A program made the position numbers and the translations under genes. A stretch of 63,914 nucleotides of DNA, the filler included, from Rhabdomonas costata (lineage: Eukaryota): assembly GCA_019059605.1 (NCBI GenBank). It is 50 parts of 50 records of this genome, joined end to end, with 100 filler letters (N's around TTAATTAATTAA, not from the genome) between each part and the next. Parts side by side here need not be neighbours in the genome. Positions count along the whole stretch, not along the records: positions 37,143 to 38,323 come from JAHMHO010024766.1; positions 38,424 to 39,604 come from JAHMHO010024767.1; positions 39,705 to 40,885 come from JAHMHO010024768.1; positions 40,986 to 42,160 come from JAHMHO010024769.1; positions 42,261 to 43,440 come from JAHMHO010024770.1; positions 43,541 to 44,721 come from JAHMHO010024771.1; positions 44,822 to 46,001 come from JAHMHO010024772.1; positions 46,102 to 47,281 come from JAHMHO010024773.1; 42 more parts are not named here. One strand, given 5' to 3'. Positions 37,620 to 49,758 of this stretch are shown piece by piece. Under the pieces are notes generated by a model, which saw nothing but the letters and a program-made list of their open reading frames with translations, was not told the origin of the DNA and did not search any database. Each line of letters starts with the position of its first letter. The first letter of the stretch is position 1.

Positions 37620-38323
37620 ACAGGGAACCATCAGCTATGCTGAAAAGGTCAGGAAACACCTGACCCCAAAGACCGGCCACCCAGCGTTTCGGGAGGCCTG
37701 CTACAGATACCAACAGGCCTGCTTCGGCTTTGCCCAATGACGCGTAACACACGCTTATTTGGTTGTGTGTGGAAAATTCTTTTTTTTTTGACTCTCTTCT
37801 CAAAACCGGGAAACAGAGGCTGGGGTTCACTTGGAGGATAGCCTGACCACCGCCCGGCAAGCCCACCCTATCCTCTGCAAGGTCTACGGGGTACTTGGTG
37901 CCCTCCTTACCGTACTTATGGTTGCCTGGGACTGCACTTTCCCAGCCCTGGAGGCCGGAGGCTGTGACAAGTACGTCCAGAGGTTTTTCTGCCGGATCAT
38001 CAATGTGCTGGTGGCCTTCTTGCTGACTTTTGTCCTGGCAATATTGGCCGCGCTGTGGGTCCTGGAAAAGCCGCTTCGGGTGTTTGCTTTATTTTGCGAC
38101 GAGCTGCTGCAACTAACTTTGAAATCGGAGCTCAGGATTTTTTTTCTAGAAAAGCGCCGCTGCAGTATGACGGATCTGACACTGAAGGATGCCTTTGAGA
38201 GGGCAAGCCGAAGCAGGCCTGGGGTCTTTTGTATATACAGCAGGCCTCACGAAACGCTGCGTGGCCGGTCCTTGGGGTCAGGAGAGTCCCGACCTTTCAC
38301 CCTCGGCCGGTGACGGTGCCCCT
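37620..38323. repeat. Diverged ~120-bp inverted repeat pair (37620-37735 and 38200-38323) flanking an exon
   Basis: cctgaccccaaagaccggccacccagcgtttcgggaggcctgct...caggcctgcttcggctttgccc matches the reverse complement of 38200-38323 with several substitutions and indels. Confidence 0.88.
37842..38079 (+). CDS. Exon of a multi-pass membrane protein
   Basis: Two hydrophobic helices (VYGVLGALLTVLMVAW; IINVLVAFLLTFVLAILAALWVL) between AG and GT boundaries. Confidence 0.55.
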
Positions 38324-38927
38324 NNNNNNNNNNNNNNNNNNNNNNNNNNNNNNNNNNNNNNNNNNNNTTAATTAATTAANNNNNNNNNNNNNNNNNNNNN
38401 NNNNNNNNNNNNNNNNNNNNNNNCTTTTCTTTTCCTCTTGCCCTTCCTCTTCATCCTTGTTTGTGTTCCCTCCTTCCCACTCCTCTCTCCCGCCACTCCC
38501 TCGGCCTCTCACTTGAATTCTTGCCTTCTTTGTTTAGATGTGTGGCTTGACCCACCCCCAGTCGGTTATGCAAAGCCTCTCTGGCCTTTCATTGAATCTT
38601 ATTGGCTACACTGCCTCTGGACAAGATGTTACGCCGAACTTCGTTCACTGTTTAGGGATTTAAAATGAAGTTTAAGGATTCAATGTCTCCAATTCAGAGA
38701 GCGCGTGCAATTCTTTCCTCAAGGTCGTTCTAGTGCCAACCTCTGAAAAATACAATATTTTGCCCCCGCCAAGCTGGGAACCCAGCTGGCTTTCGCCCTG
38801 CCTTTCCGCGAAGGGCGTTTCACAGGCGTTGTGTATCAAAACCAAAACGGCTACCCATGCTGAAATCCGAACTTAAGCTTACAAGAGGAAGCAAATATAT
38901 CCAACAGTCAGCCGAGCACTCGCATAC

Positions 38928-39604
38928 GTCCAGAAGGTCGTTGATCAAGTATAACAGCGCACTTCCACTGCAGCTGATGCTGCGGGTGCACTCCCGCTGC
39001 TTGGGGTCCAGCGTGGTGGTCTCCAAAAGGATCTGCAAAGGAAAAATCACATAGCCAAATGAAAGCACTGGAGTGCCCACAGTGGTCTGCAAAAGGATTT
39101 GCATGAACAAACCAGAGCCATATATTGTAGAACGCTGAAAAAGTCACATCCAGCGTTTTAGCGACCAAATTTCCACCAAGGGATGCCCACGCTTTCCACT
39201 GAGACCCTGTGGCATCCCCACGCGGCGGCTGACTGAAGTGAAATCTGACTGAACTGACGAGCGGATAGAAGCTAGGCTGTGGGTAATGGCAGATGCGAAA
39301 GAACCTCTGCGACCGTGCAGCCTTCGCAACCATGCCAGTGAGCGTAATTTTTGGACAATTAACAAGACCTACCATGCGGCACCACAACTGGCCGCGGGTG
39401 AAAAGTCCGAAAACACCAAGAGAGAAGAAAAGAAAACATCATATCCACGAATTTTGGAAAGACAAAAATGGTTCTGCAAGCCCATGTTTAATGAAAACAT
39501 TCCTCGGCCATCCCAATGCACGCCGTAAGCGGCGTCCGCATCTCGTGGCTTACCATCGCAAAGAACATCTCCTTCGACCGCATCAACTCCCGGGCCTGCT
39601 CCTC
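38928..39604 (-). CDS. Sensor histidine kinase HisKA domain, two exons (39604-39503; 39032-38928)
   Basis: The H-box SKEMFFAMVSHEMRTPLTACIGMAE (not in the ORF track) joins ILLETTTLDPKQRE...SGSALLYLINDLLD. Confidence 0.92.
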
Positions 39605-39715
39605 NNNNNNNNNNNNNNNNNNNNNNNNNNNNNNNNNNNNNNNNNNNNTTAATTAATTAANNNNNNNNNNNNNNNNNNNNNNNNNNNNNNNNNNNNNNNN
39701 NNNNTTGTGGTTGGA

Positions 39716-40055
39716 GGACCGGACCGGACCGGACCGGATCAGACCGGTCCGCCTCAGAACTCGAGCTGGAGTGACGGTTTGGGGCTTATATTTGGTGGTA
39801 TGACAGTGCTACTGAGATGAGTTGGTTAGCCGCTACCCTGCCTCCGAATCCTTCTCTACGCCCTTCAACGTCCCGTTTTGGCCTTTTAAAGAGCATTTTC
39901 GACGATTTTCGAAAGTTTTTCAGGGCCCGGGGTATGTCACCAAGCGAATAGCGGGCGGTTTTGGACGACTGGTGAGGTTCCAGAGGCTGGCTGAAGAGGC
40001 TAGATAGCCCACCTAGCAGACCCCCCAGAACAGTGATAAGAGAAAGTACTGAAGC
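39716..40055. repeat. Dispersed intronic repeat, copy 3 (module A plus inverted module B)
   Basis: Homologous to 15474-15645 on the same strand and to 16375-16465 on the opposite strand. Confidence 0.88.
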
Positions 40056-40139
40056 TACGAACCACAAAAAAAAGAGTTTGAAACCGACTCTACGATGAAA
40101 ACCAGAAAAAAAAACAATCGGAACAGTGTCCGTGAGCAC

Positions 40140-40650
40140 CTGCGATCTCACCGTCTCCGTCACCAGCACACGCACCCCAAGCGTCCGGCAGCCCACCTTC
40201 TGCAGCGCAACGGCCTCGCCGACGGCATCCCCGACAACCACAAACCAGCTCAGCTCACTGCTGCCCACCTTCCCACATCTCACCGCGGAACAAGCGATGC
40301 CCACCCGAGGAAGCCCAACATCACCATTCCCGGTAGCCCGGACCGGTGCTGGCAGATTGGAAGCTGCACCCCCAGAGGACGGCAGTCCAAGTAATGGGTT
40401 CTGGGGCTCCGTTAAATTCTCAGGAAACTGGAGCTCAGGGGAAAGCGGTCGGTTCTGACTGTCTCCTGAGATCACGGCCAAAGCGCAGCTCACGGCCCGG
40501 TACCCGGGGTGGTCGCAACTACGAGGAACGTTCCAAAGGGCGAACGCGGAGTTTCCGACGATCCTTTCCAGGACCCCATCGTGCTTGTTGACGAGGTCGT
40601 GAAGATTTCTAATGATACGGCCATGGTGACATGCAAGCTGCGACGAAAGC
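40140..40650 (-). CDS. Degenerate (probably catalytically inactive) class III cyclase domain exon
   Basis: HDGVLERIVGNSAFALWNVP...RVGIAC....G.VGS....F.VVGDAV.EA..L has the cyclase layout, but GD is changed to GN and the NxAxR motif is lost. Donor GT at 40139. Confidence 0.75.
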
Positions 40651-43204
40651 AGGTGCCCCACATGTAATGGAAAACGCATAGGCCCCACGGCACAGATTAA
40701 ATCAAAACAGCCTATGCAAAAAATGACGCTACACGAACCGGCACCAAATATACCCGAGACCCTGAGACACGGCGAGGAGTGCGCTCAACGTCCCGTTGCT
40801 TCCAGAAAACGGACCACCCTTCACACCCTTCACGACAACCACAGCGAGGGAAATGGGGGAGAAGAGGAAGCTAACCCCAAAACCCNNNNNNNNNNNNNNN
40901 NNNNNNNNNNNNNNNNNNNNNNNNNNNNNTTAATTAATTAANNNNNNNNNNNNNNNNNNNNNNNNNNNNNNNNNNNNNNNNNNNNGCGCGCTGGCTGTTG
41001 CCTGATTGACTATTGGTGACTGCTGGGGACTGACAGGCGCGAGTGCTGTGTTGGCCTCTGGTTCTCGCGAGAGAGATAGGTCTTACCATAGCCATTCAAC
41101 TAGGCAGTTCAACCTTCTGCGGAGGGAGCGGTTGGGAAGCTAAAGTAGAGGGAGTAGAGGAAACTATGGCAAACTGCAGTTCGTCGCCCTTCGTTGACCT
41201 CCGTGCCTCAGGCGTCTTCGTTTGTATGACGCAAAATGCTGTGGTTACCATTCCGAAGAATTCTCTGAGTCCCTCACTGTTGGGGCCCGTCTCTCCTTTT
41301 TGCTCTCCCAGGGGTCCACCGGGTTGCCATGCGAGAGGCAGCAGTCTGCATGGCATCCGTGAGCAGCCGAGGACGGTGCGCCATGCTTATCCGCCCGCCC
41401 CATTTGTCTTTTTTGTGTTCGCCACGGCAGATTCTCATGGGGACGTCCGCTGCTGCCGTTTGTTTTGGAAGAAGGCACGGGGCTCGGGTCACGGAGCAGT
41501 GCTTGACTTCGATTGAGTGAGGTGCTCTGGCATCCGCTGTTGTGTATGTGTGCCTTTCAAACACGTTGCCTCTGACGGTGCTATGAAGAGCGTAAACAAA
41601 TTTCACATTCGGAGAGTTTCCAGGAAGATTGAGAGCCGCGCTCTACGCCGACAGGGCAGATAAGCTGCCCCTCGCTCCACATTTGCACACGTTTCCGTAT
41701 CTTTTGCAGCATCTTTCTGGGCTCCGCCAATGGCCACATCTACGACGTTGAGGTTTGCCTGCCCCTTCAATGTGCTTACCATTGTGAGCTTGCTTCAGTG
41801 TTCACACTGCTTTGATGCCCTGCACGACAAATTGAGCCCAATTGGGAGCTCTTGCATTTGGGTGGCTGGGGGAGAGCTTTGCACATCTCCTAATCCACAA
41901 GTTTAAGCGATTTTTGTGAGCATGAGGCAGTCTTTCAGCAAGTCTGTGTGGGGTGCGCCGCTTCGCTGACCATTTATGAACCAAGAATAGTGGGTGCGGG
42001 AGCTGAGGCAGATGACTCAGATTACGGCCATGGGCTGCTGGGTCGCAGTGTGTGCAGTCTGAAGGTGGATGCGACTCCCGCCAACCGCATCATTCCACCG
42101 GCACCTGTCCCGCCGACTCCTCGTACTTATCTTGCATCCACCTTCAGACTGCACACAACCNNNNNNNNNNNNNNNNNNNNNNNNNNNNNNNNNNNNNNNN
42201 NNNNTTAATTAATTAANNNNNNNNNNNNNNNNNNNNNNNNNNNNNNNNNNNNNNNNNNNNGGGGGTTGGGGCACTTGGTTGGCACACCGGCAGCGCGCAA
42301 GTGCCAACAGCTGATTTGCGTTTGTGTGATGGTCTGCTGTAAGGGCGGAGCCACGATCCGGGAGAAAAGCTCGAGACACCACAGCAGCAGTGTCACGTCC
42401 GCGCTGTGCGGTGTGCTTTCATGCTTGTGTGGAGCAGTGCAGGTATTATGGAAGTTGAAGGCGTCATGAAGCGAATTATTCCCCCAGAGTGGCGCACTTT
42501 TTGAAAGGACAGTTGCTAAGGAATGTGAATGTGACTAATGGAGCACCACCCACGATCAACTGAGCTTCCAGAGGGAGACCTATGCAAACCAGACCAACAG
42601 AAGCCTCTGCTGCTGAATGCCGACGCTCCCCGGGCATCTCGCCCACGATTCTCTTTTCTGGAGCACTGGAGCCGACTAAGTTGTGGTGTGCATGTGTGCA
42701 TACCAAGAAGACAGCACAAGCAATCGGGCGGGAACATCCATTCACTTCTGCCAACTATTCACGGGACTCAGAGGGACGCCTATTTTCCCTTGGTGCTTGG
42801 AAGAAAGCCCCCCGCTCCAGCTACACTCGGCCCGTTGTACACAGAATCAATCTCGGGCTTGCTTCGGTTGGGCAAGGTTACAGTTTCCATCACCCTTCCC
42901 GCATACCTTCCAGTTGACCGGAATATCCAGAACTACCAGAGAGAACGGAATCGCCCAACGTCATTGACGGCGTGCTGTCTTACTAAAAGCCACTGGCAGT
43001 CTCTTCCAACAGCTGCAGTGGTTTCAAATCAAGGGCGGCTGTGAAATACGAACAAGGCTGGCTCCCTTGCAGCCTCCACTGAGGCGCACAGGGTGATAAA
43101 TCATCATCATTGGGCGACTCCCATCCACTTGCCCGTTCCCTCCCCCCTCCCCCCCCAAAAGGCAGGGATGCTGGGGCGGGGAAGAGAGGCTTGGCTGGTC
43201 CCAC

Positions 43205-43391
43205 CTAAGGTGTTCACTGTGCTCCAGCAGAGCTTTTCCCGGGCCTCGAGAAGGCCATGGGCCATCCCTCGCAGCAGCGGGACACTCCCCACAGCCTCCT
43301 TTAGGTGCCCAAAGAAGGGGTGCCTCAGCGCCGTGCCCAAGTCCACCCGGAGGTACGGATTGACCTCCAGCATGCTCAGCACCAGAGAGAC
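43205..43391 (-). CDS. Ser/Thr protein kinase exon (subdomain XI)
   Basis: LVLSMLEVNPYLRVDLGTALRHPFF fits the L..ML..NP..R....AL.HPFF motif, with AG/GT boundaries. Confidence 0.75.
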
Positions 43392-43632
43392 CTGATCCCA
43401 CAGACCTCCCCCCGGGTTACCCACATTCTCACCCACAACANNNNNNNNNNNNNNNNNNNNNNNNNNNNNNNNNNNNNNNNNNNNTTAATTAATTAANNNN
43501 NNNNNNNNNNNNNNNNNNNNNNNNNNNNNNNNNNNNNNNNGGGTGGGTGGTTGATTTCAGAGGGGTCGAGTTCATCTCATTCCCACCCCCTGAGTGGAGG
43601 TCAGCTCAATTCCAGAGGTGGGTTCCGATTTG

Positions 43633-44721
43633 ATGTCAGGAAATCCGCCACCTTCAAAGCCGAGCGCAGCCCCCGCACCACAGATGGAGCAGACTTTTCT
43701 TAACCAAATGGTATCCTTTTTCCAGAGCATGTAGCAGCAGCAGCGGGCCAATCACGATCTTACACAGGAGTTGCTGCGGAGAGTGGTGGCTGGACCCTCA
43801 GCGGAAGGTTTACAGAGTGGAGGAGGTGCGCCAGCTTCCACAGTTCCAGAGGCGCTGGGAGCATTGCGAAAATTGCAGGAGAAAGCTCCAGAGTTCCAGA
43901 AGTACGATGGAAACCCAGCTAATTTCCTACCGTGGCTTGTGTCGGTAGAAGAGCTGAAGGACTTTCGCAGGCTTCCAGATCAAGTTGCGATCATTTATGC
44001 CACAGGCGCCTTGGGTGCACATTCCAGAGGAATTGTTGCTCCAGGTCAAGTCTTTACAGACTGGAAAGAGTTTGTAGAAACGTTGAAGAGGCGGCTGTGT
44101 GCACAGACGTGGGACTACAATGTAGTGTGGAGGTTGGAGCAATTAAAGATGTCGGAGGGGAATTTCCAATTCTACCACCAGCAGTTTGTGACCGGGATGA
44201 ATCTGTTGAAGGGGACGAAGTTTGACAACGAAACTCTTTTTCAGTATCTGTTTGTCACAGGTTTGGAAGGGGACATTCAGGCCAAAGTGATGGCGAAGAA
44301 TCCACGGACCCTTACAGAGGCAATGTATAAGGCATGTGAGTATTTCAAAAAGACGAGACCCCCTCCACAGGTGATTGTGGCGGTTCCAGACAGCACTGTT
44401 CAGAGAGGAATCGCGGCGTGGGGTGCGGCAATGGAATTAGATGCCATACGTTATGGGTACACTCCTTTCTCTGGGAGTACGGCCTTTCTAACCTCTACAG
44501 AGAGAAATGTCAGTGGTGCCCCTTCCACAGTTTCCAGAGGTATGGTTAACGTAAGTGCGGTGCAGAGAGGTGCAAATTTGTTCGAAATGGTGATACCGCC
44601 AACGTTAGCAGCCACAGTTCCGGCGAGTTCTGTAATGTTTTCCGCCCCTCCACAGCCACAATTTAATGCGACGCGTACGCCTTCTCCAGAGAGGAGGGTG
44701 ACTCCATCCAGAGGAATGTTG
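43633..44721 (+). mobile_element. gag: Ty3/gypsy LTR retrotransposon Gag (partial; one in-frame TAG at 43732)
   Basis: Long intronless ORF with KYDGNP..F..W, W.EF...LK, L..LK, F..GL..DI...V....P.TL.EA and MELDA, the retrotransposon Gag pattern. Confidence 0.85.
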
Positions 44722-47700
44722 NNNNNNNNNNNNNNNNNNNNNNNNNNNNNNNNNNNNNNNNNNNNTTAATTAATTAANNNNNNNNNNNNNNNNNNNNNNN
44801 NNNNNNNNNNNNNNNNNNNNNCGCTAAGGAGTTTCAATGGAGACACAACATTGGCTCTGCTGACCCTTTCGTATCCCTCTGTGAGTGTTTCCGGGACGGC
44901 TACTTCCAGTGATTGAGTTGTGTCCGTGCCCTTTTGGATATTATTTAGCCTCGCAGAGGGTTAGGGAGACTTAAACCAGGAGGGGGGTCCCCCCGGGAAC
45001 TTGCCTATACCCTTTGGGCACAACAGTAAAGTAATGCCATTTATTTATTGTTGAATTAATTCCGGGACACCCCCACCTTGTCGCTTCAGTCCGGCCTCTG
45101 AACCTCCAGCAAAGAAAGGGGAACCTCAGAATAGGGGCACTTCATTTGGCTCCAACCTCTGCCCAAATCACTGGGTAACACGCCACCCAATGACTTCACA
45201 TGGAGTCATTGGAGCTGGGGACCTGACATGGATTAGACGGGATACCGCCTGAAACCGAAACAATCGGAAACGCATTTCCTTGCACATTGGGGGCACACAA
45301 TGAAAGCCTGCTGTTGTATTGCAACACATGAACTGAACCGCCCTTCAAAATGTTCCATACTGACTTGCAATACAGCAAAAGAGGGGGCCAGGGGAGAGAA
45401 AAAGGTGGAGTGGGAGGTGGAAAATGGGGCAGAACCCTACTTCCAGCACCCGCCGAGGTCGCAGGGAGACAAACAGCCCAGTGAGATTGGCTGAGGGCTC
45501 CCCCCGCTCCCACTGCTCGAGGAAACAGCTGAGGCTCTGGTTTCCACCAGCCGCGAGCCGCTGTGAGTGAAAGAGCGAAAGGGGGGTATGATACCCAGAC
45601 AGGACAATGAGGTCACAGTGTGGAACATTCACACATCCACATCCACGGAGAGGCACGGGCAGGAAGTGAGAAACAAATTCAAAGATATGGTGCCCGTTTC
45701 ACTGAAGAAGGTTTACAGCGAGCTGATCGATGACTGCCACGCAGCAGAGCTTTGCGTCACGCTACAGCCCAGCAGTCGATACAGTTCGCTTGGAAACGCC
45801 TGGGAACAAGAACCTGTACAGAAGAATTTTCATCTTCATCCTTTATGCGAAGAAAATGCAGGAGTTGAAATCTGCCCTTTGCACAACAGGGTAATTTTGC
45901 ATGGATTCTTTCTTCGTTGTCCTCGTTGACGTTACCTCTTTTTCTTCCATTTCCTCCTCCATGGGAACAGCACTGCCAAGTGGAGCTCCTGTGAGCACCG
46001 TNNNNNNNNNNNNNNNNNNNNNNNNNNNNNNNNNNNNNNNNNNNNTTAATTAATTAANNNNNNNNNNNNNNNNNNNNNNNNNNNNNNNNNNNNNNNNNNN
46101 NGTGTGGTGTTCAGGAGGAACGTATTAAAATTGCAACGAAGGAAGAAGAGTATTTTGGTCTCCTCCGGCGGGTGGAATCTGAGTACACCAACTGCTTTTG
46201 TTGGTCTGTGGGCGGATCTTCAGTAGACCCCATCTATCGTCCACTGCGGACCTCCAGGTCTGCACCAGTTGTTGGGGTCACTACAGCAATGGCCTGAGCT
46301 TTCTACCGGGCCTGATTCACATACCTTGGGTAAAGCCCAGGAGTACTTGATGCTGGCAGCCGACTGAGCGGTATGCATCGGTTGTGTGCCCCACAAGCTC
46401 CAGTTTGGTCTTAATGAAATGCCCGAACAATGACGAATACCGACCCACACCAAAAGTGCACCAACTCAAGAGATCTGTTCTGCGCGGTTGCGAGTCTGCA
46501 CATCAACGAGGAGGTAGTGCGGTGAAAAGTGTTACGAGGATTCTCCTCTCCACTCCTCAGTTTTGCTCTTTACCGGAACCACATGCAAGGCCTGCGCTGC
46601 AGGGCCAGGCCCCTTCGGCTCCCAACTTTCACACAGACGCTGGTTGTCTTTTTCTTTTGCTTCTTGACCAATTTTCTGTCTACTGTTGTGGTTTGCCTCT
46701 TGACTCTCTCCCCCCTTTCCTCCTTTTGACTCCCAGCCGCTCCGTCACGCACAAGCGAATGAACTATGTGTGAATGTGAGTGGAATATAAAAATGGCTCT
46801 GCAATTTTTGGAGGACGGTTGCGAATGTGTTCTTGCCAAAGTCGCTGCGAAGGTCGACGAGCGATGCTGCTGGAAACTTTTGCCAGCGACTTCGCGTTTC
46901 GGGGGAGGCTGAGACACCCCCCGGACTTTGGCGACTTCTGCCCGATTCGCACTACCGCAGTCGTCATTTCTTTCCTCGCGCAGGTGGGCTTTTCCTCGCT
47001 CGCTCCCGGCCCCACATTCTTTTTGAGCCGACGGCAGCGACTGCCCTTTTTGGCGTTGGCGTTTGGGTAGGCTTTCGATGCTTTCTACCGTCGAAGGTGG
47101 ACACACGTTGGCTGTAAAGTACATCTCTCTCACACATTGTCACACTTTCTCTGTGAATATTACCCTGTCCCTCTCGCTAGTGAAGCTGCGGGTTATGATG
47201 TTGCTGATCAAGACACGCCGGTCCAGTCCTGGATCCGCCGCCACTTACAAGCCCGGGACCGAGAGATCCACCCCACCCCCCNNNNNNNNNNNNNNNNNNN
47301 NNNNNNNNNNNNNNNNNNNNNNNNNTTAATTAATTAANNNNNNNNNNNNNNNNNNNNNNNNNNNNNNNNNNNNNNNNNNNNCCAAGGACTCCAATAGGAC
47401 GAAAAAAATGGCAAGAAATCCGGAAGACCGCACAGGACAAAATCCACACACTGCTGTTAGCCTAGGCATGGGAAGCAATACCGCAAAACGCTTGCCCACC
47501 TCAACAGAGACCATGCGCCATGAGCACATTCGTCAATTCATTGAACAGCGTCATCAAAACCACTCAAAAACAAACAGAAATAGGCAAGCAACTTTCTTTC
47601 CACCCACCCAGCAACCCACCCAAGCCAACACACCACGATGAAAACAAAAAAAAAATGTGGCTATCGGATACAGATCGATGACAGCAGGAAGAATACAAGG

Positions 47701-47839
47701 AATGATAATGGGAACGCAGAGAGAGAATTAGCAACACAGTTCGGAGCGCAACTCGTCAGAGATCTCGCGGAAAAGCCCCAAGCACAGAGCGTTCCCCTCC
47801 GCGTGCCCTTACCTCTGCAGCCAACCTCGCAAGGAAAGC

Positions 47840-48506
47840 TCAGCGAATTTGACGGTGAGCAAGGTAACCTCCTCCAGAGTCTTCGGCAGGGGATCCCCAG
47901 GCTCGGGGCCCCCGAAGCATACACAGCACAAGCCCCAGAGAAGGGTGGGCCGCACGGATCCGGCTGTCGACCTCCTTGAGGTTGGTCTGACAAACCCCTG
48001 CAGCACCACCCAGCCCCTGTCCGAAGGAGCGCATGTTGCGCCGGACGCGGGACATGTTGAAGGGTCATGCCCAATCATTACCGCATAGTTCGCTTGATGG
48101 AGCTAGGTCTGGTTCCGAACTCTTGAACGCCGAACCACCTCACACCCCTTTTCGGTCCACTCTCGGGGTCGCTGCCCCACTGTGCTTTCCCACTGCCTCA
48201 CAAGGTTGGCCTCGCGACTAACGGTCGATGGCATACGCGGGGCCTAAGGATAACGCACACAAACCCACACAGACCGCAGGGCTCTAAGGGATTCCGCCAC
48301 GAGCCCATAGTGACCACCTCCCGCACCCTGCTCAACGCCACGTTCCGCGCCCGCAGCGCGCCCAGCGCGTTCTGCTCTGCGCACCGCGAGCCTCCGGTGC
48401 GGCTGAGCTCGTAGTTCAGCCCCACCACGTGCCCGCGGCGGGGGCACCCACAGGGCAGTCCGACGCACGCACAGCCCCGATCCACGTACGTCATCCCACA
48501 TACGAC
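47840..48506 (-). CDS. CDA-like zinc deaminase, possibly the LmjF365940-deam subfamily, two exons (48506-48275; 47997 to about 47840)
   Basis: Spliced GLNYELSRTGGSRCAEQNALG...NPLEPCG|VCQTNL gives the CAE and PCxxC zinc ligands. The GT-AG intron is in phase 1. Confidence 0.8.
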
Positions 48507-48707
48507 CTGATCGAAGGTATGGCCATGTCAAAGTGTGAAAAATTTAAGAAGCAAAAAACTANNNNNNNNNNNNNNNNNNNNNNNNNNNNNNNNNNNNNNN
48601 NNNNNTTAATTAATTAANNNNNNNNNNNNNNNNNNNNNNNNNNNNNNNNNNNNNNNNNNNNTGTTGTTGGGAATCTCCTCGAGGGGTTCGCGCGCCGTGC
48701 GACGCAG

Positions 48708-49758
48708 GGCACAGATGACGAGGGGTTTGCCGTGCTAAAGGAGCTGGTCCCCCACAGGCTTCTCCCGGAGTACCTCGAGGGAGAGCTCGACGTGCTGTCC
48801 GTGCTGGGCACCAACCTGGTCGTGACATGGGAGCTTGCCTTTGAGGCACCTTCCCCGCCTTTGCCTTCTCCTTCGCCTCCCGTGCTCTCCCTCTCTCATC
48901 GGTTGCTTGCGCAAGGCAGAAAGTAGTGTTTGTGTGTCACTCCCCGTGACACTTTTGCATGCGGTTTTCGTTTGGCGATGATCCGGTGTTGCTTTCCTGT
49001 AGAAGCAAATGGAAGAGGGTCTTCGCCTGCTTTGAGCTTGCTGGAGGACGTCAAAAACTGCCAGTCCTCATGGGTGTGTGAGTGTGGATGTGGTGAGTGT
49101 GTGGTGTGTGCCGTGGCAGGCTGCATGCGTGCTGCACACCCTGGAGGACGACAATGTGGAGCTTGCCTCGCGATTCTTCCGTTGGTTGCTCTTTCGGAAC
49201 CCCCCGGTGCTACCCGAGGAGGAGCTTCTCGAGGTCCCCTCATCTCAGCCCTATGTGCGTGTGTGGGTCACATTCGATGGCAAACACCTCAAGGCAGGGG
49301 GTGTTTACATTACTTGGACCAGCCCTTCACCTACCTCCCTGGGGTCGACATCCACAGTGTTTCCATTGAGGAAGCCAACTTGATTATGACGGCACTTCCG
49401 TTCTCCCAGACGAAGCTGCCTGAATGCGCAGTGTATGGCAGTGATGTAGACACCCGTTCAGGAGGAGAGAAGCGAGGGTATGGTCAAGGCGATGCTTTTG
49501 GATGGCTTTCAGTTGTGTATTTTAGTGCATTACTGCCTCTTCTCTGCCTACGAGGTGGATGTATGGAGTGCTTCGGGTTTTTTATTGTGTGGCTGATGGG
49601 TGGTTTTTCACCAGTCTCGGTTGCAGCAGCTGGGCCGTCTTCGGCTCGCCGCCGCCTCGGTGCAGGACCCCTTGGCTGACCTAGGCACGGGGTACTCCTC
49701 CGCGGTGCTGCGGCGGGTGCTGTTCTGTGAGGCTTGCCTGCCGTCGGATGCCGAGCAG
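48708..49758 (+). CDS. Three phase-0 exons of a hypothetical protein (48708-48818; 49120-49233; 49615-49758)
   Basis: Each exon is AG/GT bounded and GC3-rich, and they join in frame. No recognised domain. Confidence 0.55.
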
